The position numbers and the translations under genes are program-made. From an uncultured Acidobacteriota bacterium (GTDB lineage Bacteria > Acidobacteriota > Terriglobia > Acidiferrales > UBA7541), in NCBI GenBank assembly GCA_963695945.1, contig CAVOIX010000072.1, positions 12,374-76,373 on the forward strand: a stretch of 64,000 nt of DNA. Reading direction: 5' to 3'. The notes under the pieces are model-generated. The model had not been told where the DNA came from. It was given only the letters and a program-made list of their open reading frames with translations, and made no database searches. Below, piece after piece: positions 51,329 through 60,562 of this stretch (position 1 is the stretch's first letter; each line of letters opens with the position of its first letter).

Positions 51329-51589
51329 CGATTGCCGTGTCCACCGCATTGCCCGCGCCTACACGATCTACCTGATTCGCCGCCATAGAATCTCTACGAA
51401 AGTGTCAAAAAAAAGCAACTATCGTACGCGTTCCTGAATCTCATGTTTGAAAGGGAAGTGAACGCCCGTCGGAGGTGCGTAACTGCAATTGCCTGGACGA
51501 AGAGTCGAAACAGACCCGCCACACTAAATCTTCCTGGTCCGTAACCGCCAAGCCGCGTTACTCGGTTTCCGGGTCCACCTGAGGTCTTC

Positions 51590-53440
51590 ATGCGAGGGGT
51601 TCAAGTTCGCTCGTTTTGGGTATTTTTGTGTCTATTGGTTTTTTCATCGGCTTTATACCTCGGCACCGCCGGAAGTCCCGCCCTCGACGATGATGACGTG
51701 GATGCGGCTCATGCCATGGTTTCGCAAGAGATGCTGCAGCGGAATGATTTTGTCGTTCCGTACATGGATGGCCTGCGCTATCTAATTCGTCCTCCCATGC
51801 ATTTCTGGATGGTCGCTGCCAGCTACAGGCTGCTGGGCGAAAGCGAATTCGCCACGCGGTTGCCGCTCAGCCTGGCGATGATCGGAATGGTTCTGCTGAC
51901 TTTTGAGTTTGGCCGCAGGTTTTTCAGCCAGCGCGCCGGGCTGTACGCGGCTCTTGCCGTGGCCACCAGCCTGGGTATGTTCATCTTTACTCGCATCATG
52001 ATCCCCGAAGCGATTTATGCGCTGGCGTTCGAGGGAATTTTCTATTTATTTTTGCGAAGCTGGACCGGGTCTCTCGACTCACGCGTAGGGTATTGGGGCG
52101 CTGCCGCCTTGTGTGGCGTAGCGGTTCTGACCCGAGCGCTGATTGGTGTGCTGTTTCCGCTCGCAACGATCGTTACGTTCATCACCATGACCGATGGATG
52201 GCGGCGTTGGCGGGAGCTTCGCCTGTTTTCAAGCTCGGCGATTTTTCTGGCTGTTGCGGCTCCGTGGCACATTCTCGCTGCTTGGCGATCCCCCGGTTTT
52301 CTCTGGGCTTACTTTGTCAACGAACATATCAACCGTGCTCTGGGGACGCGCATTCCCCATGATTACGGCGCCGTGCCACTGGGGATCTGGTGGAGCGCCC
52401 ACTTGATCTGGTTGTTCCCGTGGAGTTTCTTTTTTCCGCTCGCGCTCCGCAATCTGCCGTGGTCCCCGCGATCCTGGCGTGCGCCCATGAACGCCGGAGA
52501 ACAAGCGCGATTGTTGCTTTTTGTCTGGGCCGGAGTGATCCTGTTTTTCTTCACGCTGGAGAGCGGATCGCGCATGGAGTACTACAGCTTTGGCGCGTGG
52601 CCTGCCATTTCTCTGCTGTTGGGATTCGGCATCGCGCAGTCGGAAGAAACGGATCAACGATGGCTGAAGCCGATCCAGCGATTCCTGGCCGGGATGGCCG
52701 TGGCCCTTGCAGTGGTTGCCGGCTATTTCCTTTGGACATCTCTGAATGTTCACGCAGCGACGGATGTTTCGACGCATCTGTCGCTGCGCAGTCCCGAAAA
52801 ATATGTCACCAGCATGGCCCACCTGCTGGACTTGACACCACAGGCGATTGCCGACCTGCGGATTCCGCTGCTCATTTCGTCCGCGTCGATTCTGATCGCG
52901 TTTCTTGTTGCCTGGATTCTCCGCGAGAGAGGAATTTCATGGCTCCCAAACTTTGCTTTGGCCCTGGGGATGGCTGGATTCGTCCTGGCCGCGCACATGG
53001 CGTTTGGCGTCCTGAATCCGACGCTTTCTTCGCGCTCGCTGGCATTTGAAATCAGCAAATATCTGCGGCCCGGCGATCAGATCGCGCTCTATGGTGACAT
53101 CCGCGTCGCTCCCGGCATCGCATTCTATTCGCACCGCGACGTGTTGCTGTACAACGCGACCGAGAGCAATCTGCGATTCGGTTCCCATTATCCTGACGCG
53201 CCAAAACGCTTCTTCGACGACGTGGATTTCGCCAAGCTGTGGGATAGTTCCGGGCGAGTGTTTCTGGTGGTGCCCGCAGAGCGCAAGGAGGAAGCTCGCG
53301 AACGGCTGGCAGGCAGCTCCGTGTGGGAATTCGCGGAAACCGGTGGAAAGACGGTTTACTCAAATCAGCCGATCGAGCCCCGCGCGCCGGAGATCGCTTC
53401 GTTGCAGGCCGGAGTAAAGCTAACCGCACTTCGTAAATGA
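51590..53440 (+). CDS. GT-C glycosyltransferase, ArnT/PMT-like (family 39/83)
   Basis: Intact 616-aa ORF with about 12 TM helices. The first periplasmic loop carries ALDDDDVDAAHAMVSQEMLQRNDFVVPYMDGLRYLIRPPMHFW, an acidic motif like that of ArnT/PMT enzymes. Confidence 0.75.
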   Translation: MRGVQVRSFWVFLCLLVFSSALYLGTAGSPALDDDDVDAAHAMVSQEMLQRNDFVVPYMDGLRYLIRPPMHFWMVAASYRLLGESEFATRLPLSLAMIGMVLLTFEFGRRFFSQRAGLYAALAVATSLGMFIFTRIMIPEAIYALAFEGIFYLFLRSWTGSLDSRVGYWGAAALCGVAVLTRALIGVLFPLATIVTFITMTDGWRRWRELRLFSSSAIFLAVAAPWHILAAWRSPGFLWAYFVNEHINRALGTRIPHDYGAVPLGIWWSAHLIWLFPWSFFFPLALRNLPWSPRSWRAPMNAGEQARLLLFVWAGVILFFFTLESGSRMEYYSFGAWPAISLLLGFGIAQSEETDQRWLKPIQRFLAGMAVALAVVAGYFLWTSLNVHAATDVSTHLSLRSPEKYVTSMAHLLDLTPQAIADLRIPLLISSASILIAFLVAWILRERGISWLPNFALALGMAGFVLAAHMAFGVLNPTLSSRSLAFEISKYLRPGDQIALYGDIRVAPGIAFYSHRDVLLYNATESNLRFGSHYPDAPKRFFDDVDFAKLWDSSGRVFLVVPAERKEEARERLAGSSVWEFAETGGKTVYSNQPIEPRAPEIASLQAGVKLTALRK

Positions 53441-53633
53441 CGTTCGGGACATCGCCAAGACAGGAAGCCAGGGTGATCCTCGCTAAGTTGCCGCGTCCGC
53501 ATGCGTTACGTGCACCCGGGAGCCGCAACACGACTTTTCCCACCACTGTTCCGAATCCGTAGTGCCTATGCTAAACTGTCGTGGCAATACGCAGGGATAC
53601 GTCCCCCAACTTGTTTCCCAAGAGGCGATTCAC

Positions 53634-54389
53634 ATGTCTGGGCACTCTAAGTGGGCCACAATCAAGCACAAAAAAGCGGCTACTGACGCCAAGCGCGGCC
53701 GCATCTTCACCAAACTGATTCGCGAAATCACCATTGCCGTTCGCGTGGGTGGCGGCGATCCGGATTCCAATCCGCGTCTGCGCACCGCCGTCCTGGCCGC
53801 CAAGAACGAAAACATGCCCAACGATAACATCGAGCGGGCCATGGCGCGCGGCACCGGAACGCTCGAAGGCGAGCAATACGATGAAGTAAATTTCGAAGGT
53901 TACGGGCCGGGCGGCGTGGGTATGATCATCGAAGTGGTCACCACCAACCGCAACCGCGTGGTCAGCGAAATCCGCCACATGATGAACAAGAACGGCGGCA
54001 ACATGGCTGAAAACGGCGCCGTGGGCTGGATGTTCTCCCGCAAAGGCGACATCGTGGTCTCCAAGGAAAAGGCCAACGAAGACAAGATGCTGTCGATCGT
54101 TCTGGACGCCGGCGCCGAGGATTTACGCGATGACGGCCAAGCCTGGGAAGTGCTGACTCCGCCCGAAAGTTTTGAGCCCGTTCGCGAGGCGCTGGTGAAG
54201 GAAGGCGTGACGCCGGATTCCGCGGAAGTCGGCTGGGTGCCCCAGAATTACGTAAAGCTTTCCGGCAACCAGGCGGCGCAGATGATACGGCTGGTGGAAG
54301 CGCTCGAAGAGCACGACGACGTGCAAAAAGTTTCCGCAAACTTCGACATCGACGAAAAGGAAATGCAGGCCGTCATGGCTGCGCAGTAG
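53634..54389 (+). CDS. YebC/PmpR family DNA-binding transcriptional regulator
   Basis: ORF 53562.. trimmed to MSGHSKWATIKHKKAATDAKRGRIFTKLIREITIAVRVGGGDPDSNPRLR, the canonical YebC N-terminus. Confidence 0.9.
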   Translation: MSGHSKWATIKHKKAATDAKRGRIFTKLIREITIAVRVGGGDPDSNPRLRTAVLAAKNENMPNDNIERAMARGTGTLEGEQYDEVNFEGYGPGGVGMIIEVVTTNRNRVVSEIRHMMNKNGGNMAENGAVGWMFSRKGDIVVSKEKANEDKMLSIVLDAGAEDLRDDGQAWEVLTPPESFEPVREALVKEGVTPDSAEVGWVPQNYVKLSGNQAAQMIRLVEALEEHDDVQKVSANFDIDEKEMQAVMAAQ

Positions 54390-54395
54390 TTCCGA

Positions 54396-54424
54396 GTGAC
54401 ACAGACTGAAGTCTGTGCCACACA
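54396..54424. repeat. family-A REP-like hairpin
   Basis: gtgacacagactgaagtctgtgccacac. Confidence 0.75.
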
Positions 54425-54476
54425 CCCCTCGAAAAAATTGTGGCTCGGCGAACCGCGCCAACGTACACTCATTGCC

Positions 54477-55094
54477 GTGCCTCTTTCTCCGCGAACGAAC
54501 AGTGATTTTTTTCGCGTCCTCGGCGTTGATCCAGCCGCGGCGGGAGCGACTGGTTACGGCGTGATTGAGAGCGATGGACGCCGTTGCCGCATGCTGCGCT
54601 TTGGCGCTCTGCGCGCCACGCGCAAGGGGCCCGATCATTTTCCCGAGCGCCTGCACGAAATTCATTCCATGCTGGCGGCGTTGATTGAGGAGTTTCAACC
54701 CCACGGCGTCGCCGTCGAATCCGTTTTTACAGCCCTCAATATCAAAACCGCTCTCAGGCTGGCCGAAGTTCGCGGCGTGGTTTTGCTGGCCGCGGCGCAA
54801 CAGGGCATTCCCGTAAGCAGCTATTCTCCGCGCGAGATAAAATCTTCGGTCGCGGGGTATGGAAACGCGGACAAGCAGCAAATGCAGTTGATGGTGCGCG
54901 CGCTGCTGAGCATGAGCGAGACCCCGGAGCCCGCGGACGCTGCCGACGCGCTGGCCGTCGCGCTGTGCCACGTGCAGGCGGAAAAGTTTCGCGCCCGGCT
55001 TCACGCACCCGCTGTCCGTTCCGCGCAGGAGCCGCCGTGCGCATCCGCCACTCGCATCGGGCGCAGCCGCGGCACCGCTTCGCGCATCTTATAG
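54477..55094 (+). CDS. ruvC: crossover junction endodeoxyribonuclease RuvC (start uncertain)
   Basis: ORF 54396..55094 has RVLGVDPAAAGATGYGVIE...VAVESVFTALNIKTALRLAEVRGVVLLAAAQQGIPVSSYSPREIKSSVAGYGNADKQQ...DAADALAVALCH. There is no ATG/GTG/TTG just before RVLGVD. The nearest in-frame GTG is at 54477, and a T7 run sits at about 54515. Confidence 0.8.
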   Translation: MPLSPRTNSDFFRVLGVDPAAAGATGYGVIESDGRRCRMLRFGALRATRKGPDHFPERLHEIHSMLAALIEEFQPHGVAVESVFTALNIKTALRLAEVRGVVLLAAAQQGIPVSSYSPREIKSSVAGYGNADKQQMQLMVRALLSMSETPEPADAADALAVALCHVQAEKFRARLHAPAVRSAQEPPCASATRIGRSRGTASRIL

Positions 55095-55099
55095 GGAAG

Positions 55100-55765
55100 A
55101 TGACTCGCAACCGTTTTCACCTGCATCTGCTGGTCTTGTTTGCCGCCGCGTGGTTTCTGGTTCCCGCGGCCGGCGCGAGTCCAGGCGACGCCACCATCAC
55201 CTATCGCCGCGTTTTCAAGGGCAGCACTCCTGAATTCATCGAAGTAAAAATCAGCGAGCAGGGCAAAAGCACGTTCGATATCCGCCAGCTGGACGATGAT
55301 GCGGATCCCGAGTCCTTTGAAGTCGGGCCCGACGTGCGCAAAAAAATATTCGATCTGGCCGCCGAACTGAAGAATTTCGCCGTGCCCAGCCTCGACATCC
55401 AGAAGAAAATCGCCAATCTCGGGCAGAAAACCTTTCGCTATGACGATGGCGCGGAAACGCACGAAACGTCGTTCAACTACACCGTCAATTCTTCGGCCAC
55501 CCAGCTGATGCAGATTTTTGAGGGGCTCGCACGGCAACAGCAGGATCTGGTATTACTCCAACGGCAGGCGAAATTCGACCGCCTGGGTGTGAACGACGCC
55601 CTGATGCAATTTGAAACCGATATGGACCATCGTCTGCTGCCTGAACCCGAACGCCTGTTGCCGGTGCTCGATCAGATTGCCGCGGATTCGCATTTCGTGG
55701 AGATTGCCCGCTCGCGCGCCCGCGCGCTTGCCGAGCGTATACGCAATTCGCGCGAACATCCGTAG
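55100..55765 (+). CDS. hypothetical secreted protein
   Basis: ORF 54965.. trimmed to MTRNRFHLHLLVLFAAAWFLVPAAGA (signal peptide). No family recognised. Confidence 0.5.
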   Translation: MTRNRFHLHLLVLFAAAWFLVPAAGASPGDATITYRRVFKGSTPEFIEVKISEQGKSTFDIRQLDDDADPESFEVGPDVRKKIFDLAAELKNFAVPSLDIQKKIANLGQKTFRYDDGAETHETSFNYTVNSSATQLMQIFEGLARQQQDLVLLQRQAKFDRLGVNDALMQFETDMDHRLLPEPERLLPVLDQIAADSHFVEIARSRARALAERIRNSREHP

Positions 55766-55789
55766 GACAAGCTGAAGCCTATCTTACGG
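55761..55789. repeat. family-A REP-like hairpin
   Basis: cgtaggacaagctgaagcctatcttacgg, between convergent genes. Confidence 0.65.
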
Positions 55790-56593
55790 GATGACCACTC
55801 CCGCATAACCCACAACCTGCTCGGTATCGCCGTTCACTTCCCCTGAAGTTGCGTAGCGGATGAGTTGCGCGTCTGCCGCTCCCAATTCGCGCGCGGCGAC
55901 CAATACCGCGGTCGTGGCCGCGTATCCGCACATGGAAATGTTTTCATCACGCACCGTATCAAAAAGTTTTCGGGGATTGAGAGCCAGAATCTGGTCAATG
56001 GCTTTGCGGTCTTTCACGCGGGTTACGGCGTCGCTTTCGTAGTGATTCAGGTCCGAACTGGCGATCAGCAAAACGGGTTCGCGCTCCGCGGCAATCACGC
56101 CGGCCAGCGCATGGCCCAGGCCTTCGAGCGTTTCCCAGTGCGCCGGACCGATCACGATCGGTACGAACGCAAAGGATGGAGCGAGCCGCTGCAGAAACGG
56201 GATCTGCACTTCGAGCGAGTGTTCCGTGCCATGCGCGACTGCATCCTCCCGCAGCAGAGGAAACGCTCTGGCAATTTTTTCCGCCAGCAGATGGTCGATG
56301 GGCGCCATTCCGAGCGGCGTCTGCCAGGCGCCGTCGGAAAGGATCGCCAGCGAAGCGCCACGCGGGAAATGGCGCGGGCCAAGCAGAATCACGCGCGAAG
56401 GAATTTCGATGCGCGCGTAAACTTCTCCGGCAACGCCGCCGGAATAAATGTATCCAGCGTGGGGAACGATGCACGCGCGCGCGGGAATTGTTTTGTCTAC
56501 GTTGCCACTCTGAAGACACGAATCAACGGCAGCGCGCAATCGTTCGGGATAATCTGGATAAAAGCGGCCCGCAACGGCAGGAGAGCGAATCAT
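55784..56593 (-). CDS. Memo-like protein (AmmeMemoRadiSam system protein B family)
   Basis: 269 aa with MIRSPAVAGRFYPDYPERL...ACIVPHAGYIYSGGVAGEVYARI...LLGPRHF...SSDLNHY...MCGYAATTAVL, the signature of the Memo1/AmmeMemoRadiSam-B family. Confidence 0.8.
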   Translation of the reverse strand: MIRSPAVAGRFYPDYPERLRAAVDSCLQSGNVDKTIPARACIVPHAGYIYSGGVAGEVYARIEIPSRVILLGPRHFPRGASLAILSDGAWQTPLGMAPIDHLLAEKIARAFPLLREDAVAHGTEHSLEVQIPFLQRLAPSFAFVPIVIGPAHWETLEGLGHALAGVIAAEREPVLLIASSDLNHYESDAVTRVKDRKAIDQILALNPRKLFDTVRDENISMCGYAATTAVLVAARELGAADAQLIRYATSGEVNGDTEQVVGYAGVVIP

Positions 56594-56608
56594 CGAGAGC
56601 CACGAGGC

Positions 56609-56971
56609 TCAGCTTGGTTTGGAAGGCTTGCCTTTAATCTTGAGGGCTACGCTGGTTCGAGTCTTGTACCAGACCACGATTTTATCGCCATAGCGGTAGC
56701 CGCCCGCATTGAAGATGCTTTGCATTTCGTTGCGGATTTCCGGAGCGTACGTGAAAGTGTGCAGTTCGCGCATGTCGACAAGGCTGCGCACCTGAATCGA
56801 CTGGTACATCATGTGCAGCACTTCAAATCGAGTCTTGATGATTTTTTGCGATGGATCGGACGGCGCGGGTTCGCCCTGCGCAAAAGCCTGCGGCGCGAAA
56901 CCTCCGAACAAAGCTGCGCACAGCACGAATGCGGCGGCCAGCGAGAGCGCGTGAGTCCTATTGCGCATCAT
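56609..56971 (-). CDS. hypothetical small secreted protein
   Basis: 120-aa ORF with signal peptide ALSLAAAFVLCAALFGGFAPQAFA. It overlaps the upstream ORF by 14 nt and lies 15 nt upstream of the Memo-like gene. Confidence 0.5.
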   Translation of the reverse strand: MMRNRTHALSLAAAFVLCAALFGGFAPQAFAQGEPAPSDPSQKIIKTRFEVLHMMYQSIQVRSLVDMRELHTFTYAPEIRNEMQSIFNAGGYRYGDKIVVWYKTRTSVALKIKGKPSKPS

Positions 56972-57296
56972 CGATCGTAATTTTCAAGGACTTGAGGAAA
57001 CGCATGTCCTGCGGCGTCATTTCAAACTTGGGCGCCTCGCGCTCGTCATGCAGGATTTCCTGATCGACCTGAATGTGAAGGGATTCCAGGAAGCGGCGGT
57101 CGTTGGTGGTAATTTTGGTATCGTCGCCATCGCGGCGGGCCAGGCCAATGGTCGCGTCCAGCTTCAACACGATATCGAACCCCGCGGAGCGCACGTCGGA
57201 GATGGCCTCGGAAATCCGGCCGGATTCCGACACCGTATCGTTGATGGCATGCCCTAATTCGCGCAGCAGTTGTTTCAGATGATCATCCAGTTGCAC
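56958..57296 (-). CDS. hypothetical 112-aa protein with an internal duplicated T-x2-D-x-RFL-x-SL-x-I-x2-D motif
   Basis: ORF 56958..57635 trimmed to the GTG at 57296, which is preceded by GGGAGG: MQLDDHLKQLLRELGHAINDTV.... It carries two copies of the motif, TTNDRRFLESLHIQVDQE and TPQDMRFLKSLKITIDDA. Confidence 0.45.
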   Translation of the reverse strand: MQLDDHLKQLLRELGHAINDTVSESGRISEAISDVRSAGFDIVLKLDATIGLARRDGDDTKITTNDRRFLESLHIQVDQEILHDEREAPKFEMTPQDMRFLKSLKITIDDAQ

Positions 57297-57482
57297 GACT
57301 GCCTCCCTCTGGAAAACTTCCCCTACTTGTGATTGTAGGACTGAGTGCCGCGGGAAACAAGTCCCCGGGCGTGGCAGTTGGTGTTCAATCCGCCCACGGA
57401 AGTCTAGTGGCGCCCACCTGAAGGTGGACGCTACAACTCTTAACCCGCTGAACGGTGCTGGGTTTTGTACTAGAATCCAAGT

Positions 57483-57737
57483 ATGGCTACGCGATCCATG
57501 GGATTTTTTGCGACCGTGCGGCAGTCTCTCCGCCTTATCTGGCGGGCGGCGCGCGAACTGTTCCACGAAGTCGCGGGATTTATATTTTTTGTCCTTGCGG
57601 TGGCTGCGGTTCAGGCCACGTGGCGTGCCTGGCACCGTGGAGTCGGCCGCTGGCTTGTGGGTGTGACCGCCGGTTATGCTCTGCTGATGATTGTTTTTGG
57701 GTTTCTATCGTTTCGTGATTCGCGGCGCGTCCGATGA
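57483..57737 (+). CDS. hypothetical small membrane protein (2 TM helices)
   Basis: 84-aa ORF. Its stop overlaps the mutase ATG (ATGA at 57734-57737). Helices are [16 protein letters not shown] and [20 protein letters not shown]. Confidence 0.45.
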   Translation: MATRSMGFFATVRQSLRLIWRAARELFHEVAGFIFFVLAVAAVQATWRAWHRGVGRWLVGVTAGYALLMIVFGFLSFRDSRRVR

Positions 57738-59371
57738 ATCCACTACCTGACCAGACCGCCGAAAAGACGCCCAAAACAAGCGAGCGCAAGGAACGTTTCA
57801 CTACGCTCGGCGGCATTCCGCTGAAGACCGTTTACACGCCAGATGACCTGACGGGCGACAATGTCGAGGAATCAGTCGGAGCTCCCGGAGAATTTCCGTA
57901 CACGCGCGGCATTTATCCCACCATGTATCGCGGGCGGCGGTGGACCATGCGGCAGTACGCCGGATTCGGCACCGCCGCGCAATCCAACGAACGATTCCAA
58001 TACTTGTTGGGCAAAGGCCAGACCGGCCTGTCGGTTGCATTTGATCTGCCGACGCAAATCGGCCTCGATTCGGACTCCGCGCGCGCTTCTGGCGAAGTGG
58101 GAAAAACCGGCGTGGCCATAGACTCGCTGGAAGATATGGAGACTCTGTTTCACGGAATTCCCTTGGACCGCGTTTCCACTTCGATGACGATCAATGCTAC
58201 CGCGGCGATTCTACTGGCGCTGTACGCCGCGGTTGCCCGGAAGCAGGGCGCGGATCTGCGCAAACTTTCCGGCACCGTGCAGAATGACATCCTGAAGGAG
58301 TTCATCGCGCGCGGCACGTATATTTACCCTCCGCGTCCGTCGATGCGCATCGTCACCGATTTATTTGCCTGGTGCCGCACAGAATTGCCTGCGTGGAACA
58401 TGATTTCAATTTCCGGGTATCACATCCGGGAAGCGGGCTCGACTGCGGCGCAGGAAATCGCGTTCGCGCTGGCCGATGCGATTGCATACGTCGACGCCGC
58501 GGTCAGCGCCGGTTTGGCCGTGGATGAATTTGCGCCGCGGCTTTCGTTTTTCTTCAACGCGCATAACGATCTGCTTGAAGAAATCGCCAAGTACCGCGCC
58601 GCGCGCAGGCTATGGGCGCATCTGATGCGCGACCGCTTTGGCGCGAAGGATGCCGATTCCATGAAGCTGCGCTTTCACGTGCAGACCGCGGGAAGCTCAC
58701 TGACCGCGCAGCAACCGGAAAACAATATCGTGCGCGTCGCGATTCAGGCTCTGGGCGCGGTGCTTGGTGGCTGCCAATCGCTGCATACGAATGCGATGGA
58801 CGAAGCGCTCGCGCTTCCCACCGAGGATGCCGCGCTGCTCGCGTTGCGCACCCAACAGATCATCGCGAACGAAACCGGCGTGGCCAACACGGTGGATCCC
58901 GTCGGTGGTTCCTATGCCATCGAAAAGCTGACGGATGAAATCGAATCGCGCGCTAGCGATTATATTGCCAGGATTGATTCGCTGGGCGGGGTGCTGCGCG
59001 GGATCGAAACCGGCTACGTGCAGGGCGAAATTCAGAAGGCCGCGTACGAGTATCAGCGGGCCATCGAGCGCGGAGAACAGATTGTCGTCGGCGTGAATCA
59101 ATACGTCGCGGAGAAGGAAACGCCGATTCCGACGATGCGGGTCGACCCGGAACTTGAGCGCGCGCAGATCGAGCGTGTCCGGGCTTTGCGCGCGCGGCGC
59201 GATTCCGCGCTGGCCGGCGCTGCCGTGGCCGAAGTGGAACGTCGGGCGCGCGAGGGAGAAAATCTGATGCCGGCGATCGCCGCAGCCGTCGACGCTTACG
59301 CCACGGTCGGAGAAATCTCTGACGCGTTGCGCCGCGTTTTTGGCGAGTACACGGAATCGGTGGTGTTGTAA
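57734..59371 (+). CDS. methylmalonyl-CoA mutase family, large (substrate-binding) subunit without B12 domain
   Basis: Intact 545 aa with [63 protein letters not shown]...[12 protein letters not shown]...[21 protein letters not shown]. Confidence 0.9.
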   Translation: MNPLPDQTAEKTPKTSERKERFTTLGGIPLKTVYTPDDLTGDNVEESVGAPGEFPYTRGIYPTMYRGRRWTMRQYAGFGTAAQSNERFQYLLGKGQTGLSVAFDLPTQIGLDSDSARASGEVGKTGVAIDSLEDMETLFHGIPLDRVSTSMTINATAAILLALYAAVARKQGADLRKLSGTVQNDILKEFIARGTYIYPPRPSMRIVTDLFAWCRTELPAWNMISISGYHIREAGSTAAQEIAFALADAIAYVDAAVSAGLAVDEFAPRLSFFFNAHNDLLEEIAKYRAARRLWAHLMRDRFGAKDADSMKLRFHVQTAGSSLTAQQPENNIVRVAIQALGAVLGGCQSLHTNAMDEALALPTEDAALLALRTQQIIANETGVANTVDPVGGSYAIEKLTDEIESRASDYIARIDSLGGVLRGIETGYVQGEIQKAAYEYQRAIERGEQIVVGVNQYVAEKETPIPTMRVDPELERAQIERVRALRARRDSALAGAAVAEVERRAREGENLMPAIAAAVDAYATVGEISDALRRVFGEYTESVVL

Positions 59372-59374
59372 TTT

Positions 59375-59447
59375 GGTGGCACAGACTTTAGTCTGCGGGG
59401 TTTAGACTTTGCACGGACCAACCCCCGCTGGCTGAAGCCCGCGCCAC
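59375..59447. repeat. pair of family-A REP-like hairpins
   Basis: ggtggcacagactttagtctgcggggttt, about 20 nt, then cccccgctggctgaagcccgcgccac. Confidence 0.65.
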
Positions 59448-59480
59448 TTGAAGCGCTTCCCGCTTGCAACTGACTCTTTT

Positions 59481-60065
59481 ATGGAAATTATCCTGGCGTC
59501 CTCCTCACCACGGCGCGCGGAAATCCTGCGCAATGCCGGCTTCGATTTTGGCATTCGACCAACGGAAGTCGATGAAACGCCCCTGCCGGGCGAGTCCGCG
59601 CGGGCCATGGTTGCGAGGCTCGCGGAACTCAAGGCGCGCCGGGTCGCGGCGAATATAGGCACCCGGAACGATGCCGTAATCGTAGGCGCGGACACTACCG
59701 TCGAACTGGACGGCGAAATTCTCGGAAAACCGCGCGACTTCGGGCATGCCCGCGAAATGCTGGCCAGGTTGAGTGGCCGCTCGCACCATGTAGTGACCGG
59801 GATTTTCCTCCTGCGTCTGCCCGACGGGAACACTCGTGCCGCTGTGGAAAGCTCGACCGTGACATTCGCTTCGCTCAGCGAAAACGAAATCGCCGAGTAT
59901 GTAGGGACGGCCGAGCCTTTAGGCAAGGCGGGGGCGTATGCCATTCAAGGGCTCGCTGGACGATATATTCCCAAAATCGATGGCTGCTATTTCAACGTCG
60001 TGGGATTGCCGCTGGCAAAACTCTTTGCATTGCTGCGGGAAATGGGTTGGCAAAGCGGAGAGTAA
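59481..60065 (+). CDS. maf: Maf family nucleoside triphosphate pyrophosphatase
   Basis: ORF 59448.. trimmed to MEIILASSSPRRAEILRNAGF.... It also has GADTTVELDGEILGKP and KAGAYAIQG. Confidence 0.9.
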   Translation: MEIILASSSPRRAEILRNAGFDFGIRPTEVDETPLPGESARAMVARLAELKARRVAANIGTRNDAVIVGADTTVELDGEILGKPRDFGHAREMLARLSGRSHHVVTGIFLLRLPDGNTRAAVESSTVTFASLSENEIAEYVGTAEPLGKAGAYAIQGLAGRYIPKIDGCYFNVVGLPLAKLFALLREMGWQSGE

Positions 60066-60073
60066 TCCACAAA

Positions 60074-60101
60074 CAAAAAGGGCGGCCTGATCGACCGCCC
60101 T
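60074..60101 (-). terminator. intrinsic terminator after tatA
   Basis: On the minus strand: AGGGCGG-tcgatcagg-CCGCCCT followed by TTTTT. Confidence 0.6.
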
Positions 60102-60139
60102 CTCGAACTAATACGGAACGGATCGAGGCGCTGCGAAAA

Positions 60140-60394
60140 TTACTTCTTGTCCTCGGTCACGGGAGTCGCGGTTGGCGCTGCGGCAGGAGGCTGTGTTTGT
60201 GCCGTCTGAGCCGGAGTCTGAAAATCCTCGCGCATCCCAGTCTTGAACTCGCGGATGCCCTGGCCAAGGCCGCGCATCAATTCGGGAATTTTCTTGCCCC
60301 CGAACAAAATCAGCGCGATCAACACGACGATCCCAATATCCATGGGGCTGTCAAAAATCAACAGCGCGATATTGTGCAATTGAAAGAGTTCCAT
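60140..60394 (-). CDS. tatA: twin-arginine translocase subunit TatA/E
   Basis: ...IGIVVLIALILFGGKKIPELMRGLGQGIREFKTGMRE... is the TatA TM plus amphipathic helix. The probable true start is MDIGIVV at 60343. Confidence 0.85.
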   Translation of the reverse strand: MELFQLHNIALLIFDSPMDIGIVVLIALILFGGKKIPELMRGLGQGIREFKTGMREDFQTPAQTAQTQPPAAAPTATPVTEDKK

Positions 60395-60562
60395 ATCTTA
60401 CCTGCCTTTTGAGACGATCCCCCGATACAGCACCGGGTAGCGCCCAAGACTCGATAGGTGAATTATACCACGATCTGACGGCGCTTTCCGCTAGTCAGAA
60501 TTCGGCAGTCCGTATTGGCTCCCGAAACACGAGCGGCAACGCCATGGCCCTCCAGAGAGCCC

